Assembly: GCA_013265495.1 (NCBI GenBank) | Contig: MU059403.1 | Span: forward strand, 1,812,960-1,876,959 | DNA length: 64,000 nucleotides | DNA from: Vicugna vicugna | Taxonomy: Eukaryota | Direction of reading: 5' to 3' | Part shown: positions 61,511 to 64,000 of the stretch, one piece after another | How positions within the stretch are numbered: the stretch's first letter is position 1 | Layout: every line of letters begins with the position of its first letter | Notes under the pieces: generated by a model | Database searches by the model: none | What the model was told of the DNA's origin: nothing | Seen by the model: the letters and a program-made list of their open reading frames with translations, nothing else | Position numbers and translations under genes: made by a program

Positions 61511-64000
61511 TCTTACAGGACTGGGCCTGTGAGAGGCGATTCTAAAGAGAGACCGAGGCACAGGAAGGGCTGTCTGTCTGGACGCTGGTGGTGGGGTGCA
61601 GTCCTGCGGTGGCTGCTTCATGCCTTTGTCTTGAGACAGGAGGCTGGGTGGGGCGGGGCTGCCCCGACCCCCGACGAGGGGAGGAGGGAGCTGCGCTGCC
61701 GTCAGAGCCAGGGGCTAGGCCTGCGGTGTGGACTGGACCCCGCTGGTTCAGACCTGGCTGCGGCCTGGCCGCTGTCCGGGGCACAGGGCTGAGTTCAGGG
61801 GGGGACACGAAGGTCGCTGGCCGGCAGGGCCCTCTGCTACTTTCTCAAAGCCCAGGCTTTGATTCTGGGGGCGGTTACACGACCTGGTGAATACACGAAA
61901 ACTAACTGCAGGCTTCAAACGGTGAAGCCCCTGCATCTCCATCAGAAGTCCCACTGAGGGCGGAGAGCAGACAGTTTTAAGTCTCCTCCTTCTCACCAGC
62001 TTAAAGTGTAACTGACTGTTTAAATGGTCTTTGTAAGGGACCAAAGTCTCCCCAGGGGACCCTCTTGCACAGTCAGGGTCCGTCCTTCCTCTGGCCACCA
62101 GGAGCCACTCCCACAGCCATCCCCGGTGAATGGCATCGGGACAGAGGCCAGTGGGACGCCCAGGGGCGCACGGCGCCTCTGCTGGCCAGGAAGGGAGGGC
62201 CCCCGAAGGCTCAGCTGGAGTCCGGAGTGAAGGCGGGGGGCCTTCTCCCCGTGGCGGGAGCGCCCAGGGTGGCTCCACTCGCCGCAGGTCTCACCGCCTG
62301 TATGTCCGTCTGTCCTGCCTCTGATCTGCACCTGGCACCTCGGCCCGGCAGAGCCCCCGGACCACACTGCGGGCTCAGCCTCCCTGCTGCGGGGTCGGGC
62401 CCGGGGCTGAGGCTGCGAGGGGCTCCTGTCACCGTCATTTCTCAACCGCACGGTCAGGAAGCTGACCCAGAGCGCAGGGTCTGGCCGACGCCCAGTTCTA
62501 ACCTTTGCGAGGACGCCATCCTCGCAGCGCTTCCATCTTCCAAGTCGGAGCGCTTCTGCTTCCCCGGAAGCCGTGTGGGTCCCGCGTGGACAATCAGATG
62601 CATTCTCACCTGGGAGACCCCACCCCACACCTCAGCGTCACTGTCATCGCTCCTTTGGTGGCGTCTCTCCCAGGAGGGACTCAAACTCTTCCCGGAGGGA
62701 CTTTTAAGTGGCTGACCCCATGCTTTTTCCAGATATGCGGAGCGGGGACCCCCACTCCACACACACGAGCACCAGGGGCCTGCTCAGAGCCCCTCGGGCT
62801 GAGGGGGCTGCAGCGCAGGCAGGCTACCAGCAGCCTCGCTGTGCCGTCCACAGAGGAGACGGACAGGAGGGGCTGAGAAGGCTTCACTTACACGAGGCGG
62901 AGACTGCTGGCGTGGGGTCCTCCCTGTCAGGTGAGACCTGGCCAGGACCCCGACAGAAGCCCGTCCTTAACGCCGACTCAGGATCATAAAATTATCATCA
63001 GGAGAAGTTGGGAGAAACAGCACAAGTGAATATCCGAGTGGAAAAATAAAATCTGTTTTTAGCTTTTCATGTAAAGTTGAGCAAATAAAAACCGTCTGCT
63101 TTTCTACCTCTTTCAAGTCTTCTTCGCAAACCGCGAGTGGACACAGGCGACAGTGCCATTCCTTGGACCCAAGGCTCACGACGTGAGCGTGGAGACGGCA
63201 GGCACGCCTCCCCGGAGCCCGCTGCAGGTTCTGACAACGTCTCCTCATTCCCAGCAAACGCACTGTGTGCTCACAAAGGCCACTCGTTCACTATTTCTCA
63301 CAAACGAAAGAGACGAGGGCATGTCTACCACAGGCAAACTCACGGTTGACTCTGCCTGGAACAGACGCCCAGTTCTCCCCTCCAGACCCTGAAGCCGTCG
63401 GCACTGCGCGCCCAGAGCTGCAGAGGCAGAACCCGCCCCGGACTCCCCGCCCCCGGGCTTCCCCAGGAGCAGCGCTGCTGCTGTTTTCAACGACGCTTTC
63501 AGAGTCGTGGTGCTCGGTCCTTGGAAACTGAACACCAGCACCGAGAAGGATGCGGGTGGGTGAAGGCGCTTCTGACTCATCACTGAGCAGCAGGTGCCCA
63601 CAGAGGAGCCAGGGCTGCCCTTGTCAAACGGCATCGTCAGTTGGTTCTAAACGATAACATAGGATCTGACACAAAGATCTGAACCTAAATCAAGGGTGCT
63701 CCTCAGCCAACGGTGCTCGCTGGCTCCAAACAGGGGCAAGTGCAGATTATTAGGGTAGCCCTGTATTAAGTTGAACCACAATTGAAAATTACCAAAAACA
63801 CTGAAAAAATGCCATGAAACTGAGCCACTGAAACCGAAACAACGCTGAGACCAAGAAGGAAGAAGCAGGATCTGCGTGGACCCCTCCCCGGGCTTTCTTA
63901 GTCAGGTACCAGGGAGCCTCCACGCCCGGTCTTGGCGGTGTTATCTGAAGCTGTGCAACTGAGCAGGACCCCGCAGGCATCCCCCTCCCACAGGCTCTGC

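Noticed and set aside
462-63980. The hundreds of ORFs in the six-frame track as genes
   Set aside because: They overlap in all frames, are Pro/Arg/Gly/Ala-rich as expected from GC-rich DNA with few stop codons, ignore splicing, and show no recognisable domains apart from L1 remnants

Overview
This window is mammalian nuclear DNA, not prokaryotic. It is GC- and CpG-rich and looks subtelomeric. A tRNA-derived SINE at 52.3 kb resembles the camelid Vic-1 type, and the L1 3' ends are of laurasiatherian type, which suggests a camelid (alpaca, llama or camel). What I can support well is repeat DNA: several old LINE-1 fragments (two apparently 5'-inverted, one lacking its RT region), MLT1 and MLT2 LTRs, MER33, MIR, L2, microsatellites, a 20-bp G-rich tandem repeat and a 23-bp minisatellite. 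There are also three CpG islands, at about 4.2-5.0, 35.5-37.9 and 44.3-45.1 kb. I recognise no known protein in any ORF; most listed ORFs are what GC-rich DNA yields by chance. Canonical splice signals around the islands allow several tentative exon chains that might belong to fast-evolving or non-coding genes. These are low-confidence hypotheses. Repeat family names come from my recollection of consensus sequences and need RepeatMasker/Dfam confirmation. I found no CRISPR array, rRNA, true tRNA gene or prokaryotic system.
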